Position numbers and translations under genes: made by a program
Shown: positions 63,576 to 64,000 of the stretch, one piece after another
How positions within the stretch are numbered: position 1 is the first letter of the stretch
Layout of the letters: each line of letters begins with the position of its first letter
The notes under the pieces: model-generated
Databases searched by the model: none
What the model saw: the letters and a program-made list of their open reading frames with translations, nothing else
Told to the model about the DNA's origin: nothing
NCBI GenBank assembly: GCA_965218585.1
Contig: CBDCLE010000010.1
Coordinates: 64,001-128,000 of the forward strand
Direction of reading: 5' to 3'
Source: Terriglobia bacterium
Lineage (GTDB): Bacteria; Acidobacteriota; Terriglobia; 20CM-2-55-15
Length of the DNA: 64,000 bases

Positions 63576-64000
63576 CTAGTCGTCGTTTGAACCGATCCGC
63601 GGAGCGTTCCGGGTGTCGTCCAGGTATTTTTCCTCGTACGCGTAATACACTTCCCTCCGAGTGGAGTCGGCATCGCACTCCCAGTGGCCGTCCATTACCT
63701 CATCCGTCCGAATCCAGTAGTGATGGAAGGTGTAGGGCGCGGTCAGGAACTGCGGGTCTTCCACGGTGATCTCGATATCCACTCTGTTCGGGTTGGTGAA
63801 GGTGTAGTACTCGGTGACTTTCTTCTCGACCGATGTCGCGATGTGTCCGTGGTCGTCAAACCCGCTCGGATCGAACGTGAAATTCGCCGTGTGGATCACG
63901 AGCCCGTCATCCACAAAACGGCCAATCGCGTGTCCCTGGTAGAACTGCTCGCCTTCAGGTGGATGCGGCCGCCCGTCGATCCAGACCTTCCGTTCGACGC
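63576..64000 (-). CDS. Hypothetical protein (5' partial)
   Basis: Frame is open to the window edge. DGRPHP..GHAIGR and ITVEDP motifs. Confidence 0.6.
   Translation of the reverse strand, partial: VERKVWIDGRPHPPEGEQFYQGHAIGRFVDDGLVIHTANFTFDPSGFDDHGHIATSVEKKVTEYYTFTNPNRVDIEITVEDPQFLTAPYTFHHYWIRTDEVMDGHWECDADSTRREVYYAYEEKYLDDTRNAPRIGSNDD

Overview
Bacterial chromosome segment, most likely from an Acidobacteria-like Gram-negative organism (inferred from the fused LptF-LptG and an Oar-type TonB-dependent receptor). Bases 1-30.3 kb and 58.8-64 kb are mostly housekeeping: amidase, thiD, lptFG, xerD, murJ, lpxD, glyQS, recO, csp, queA, hsp20-clpB. This part also holds an unannotated CxxU selenoprotein, a MITE and a Fur-rubrerythrin fusion. 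From tRNA-Gln (30.3 kb) to about 58.8 kb the DNA is accessory and rich in IS elements (two IS256, one IS6, two IS21, one RAYT-like Y1 transposase), with several genes interrupted. Two candidate undescribed systems stand out. (1) At 55.4-58.8 kb on the minus strand, a PqqD-like/M50-protease/HlyD fusion gene is followed by two tandem c-di-GMP-I riboswitches and two unannotated Trp-containing micro-ORFs (MSYGVIWV and MMAENKVATLDVEIEIEELEQKIAP-SEIWWPF). A truncated membrane sensor follows. This looks like a c-di-GMP-controlled peptide export/signalling locus that is decaying in this genome. (2) At 40.4-46.3 kb, an operon encodes an AdmH/EncP-like aminomutase, a thiolase, a beta-Phe-transaminase-like enzyme and an Fcs-like CoA ligase. 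Together they suggest a redox-neutral Phe to beta-Phe to benzoyl-CoA route. All family assignments come from motif recognition by eye; no database search was run.
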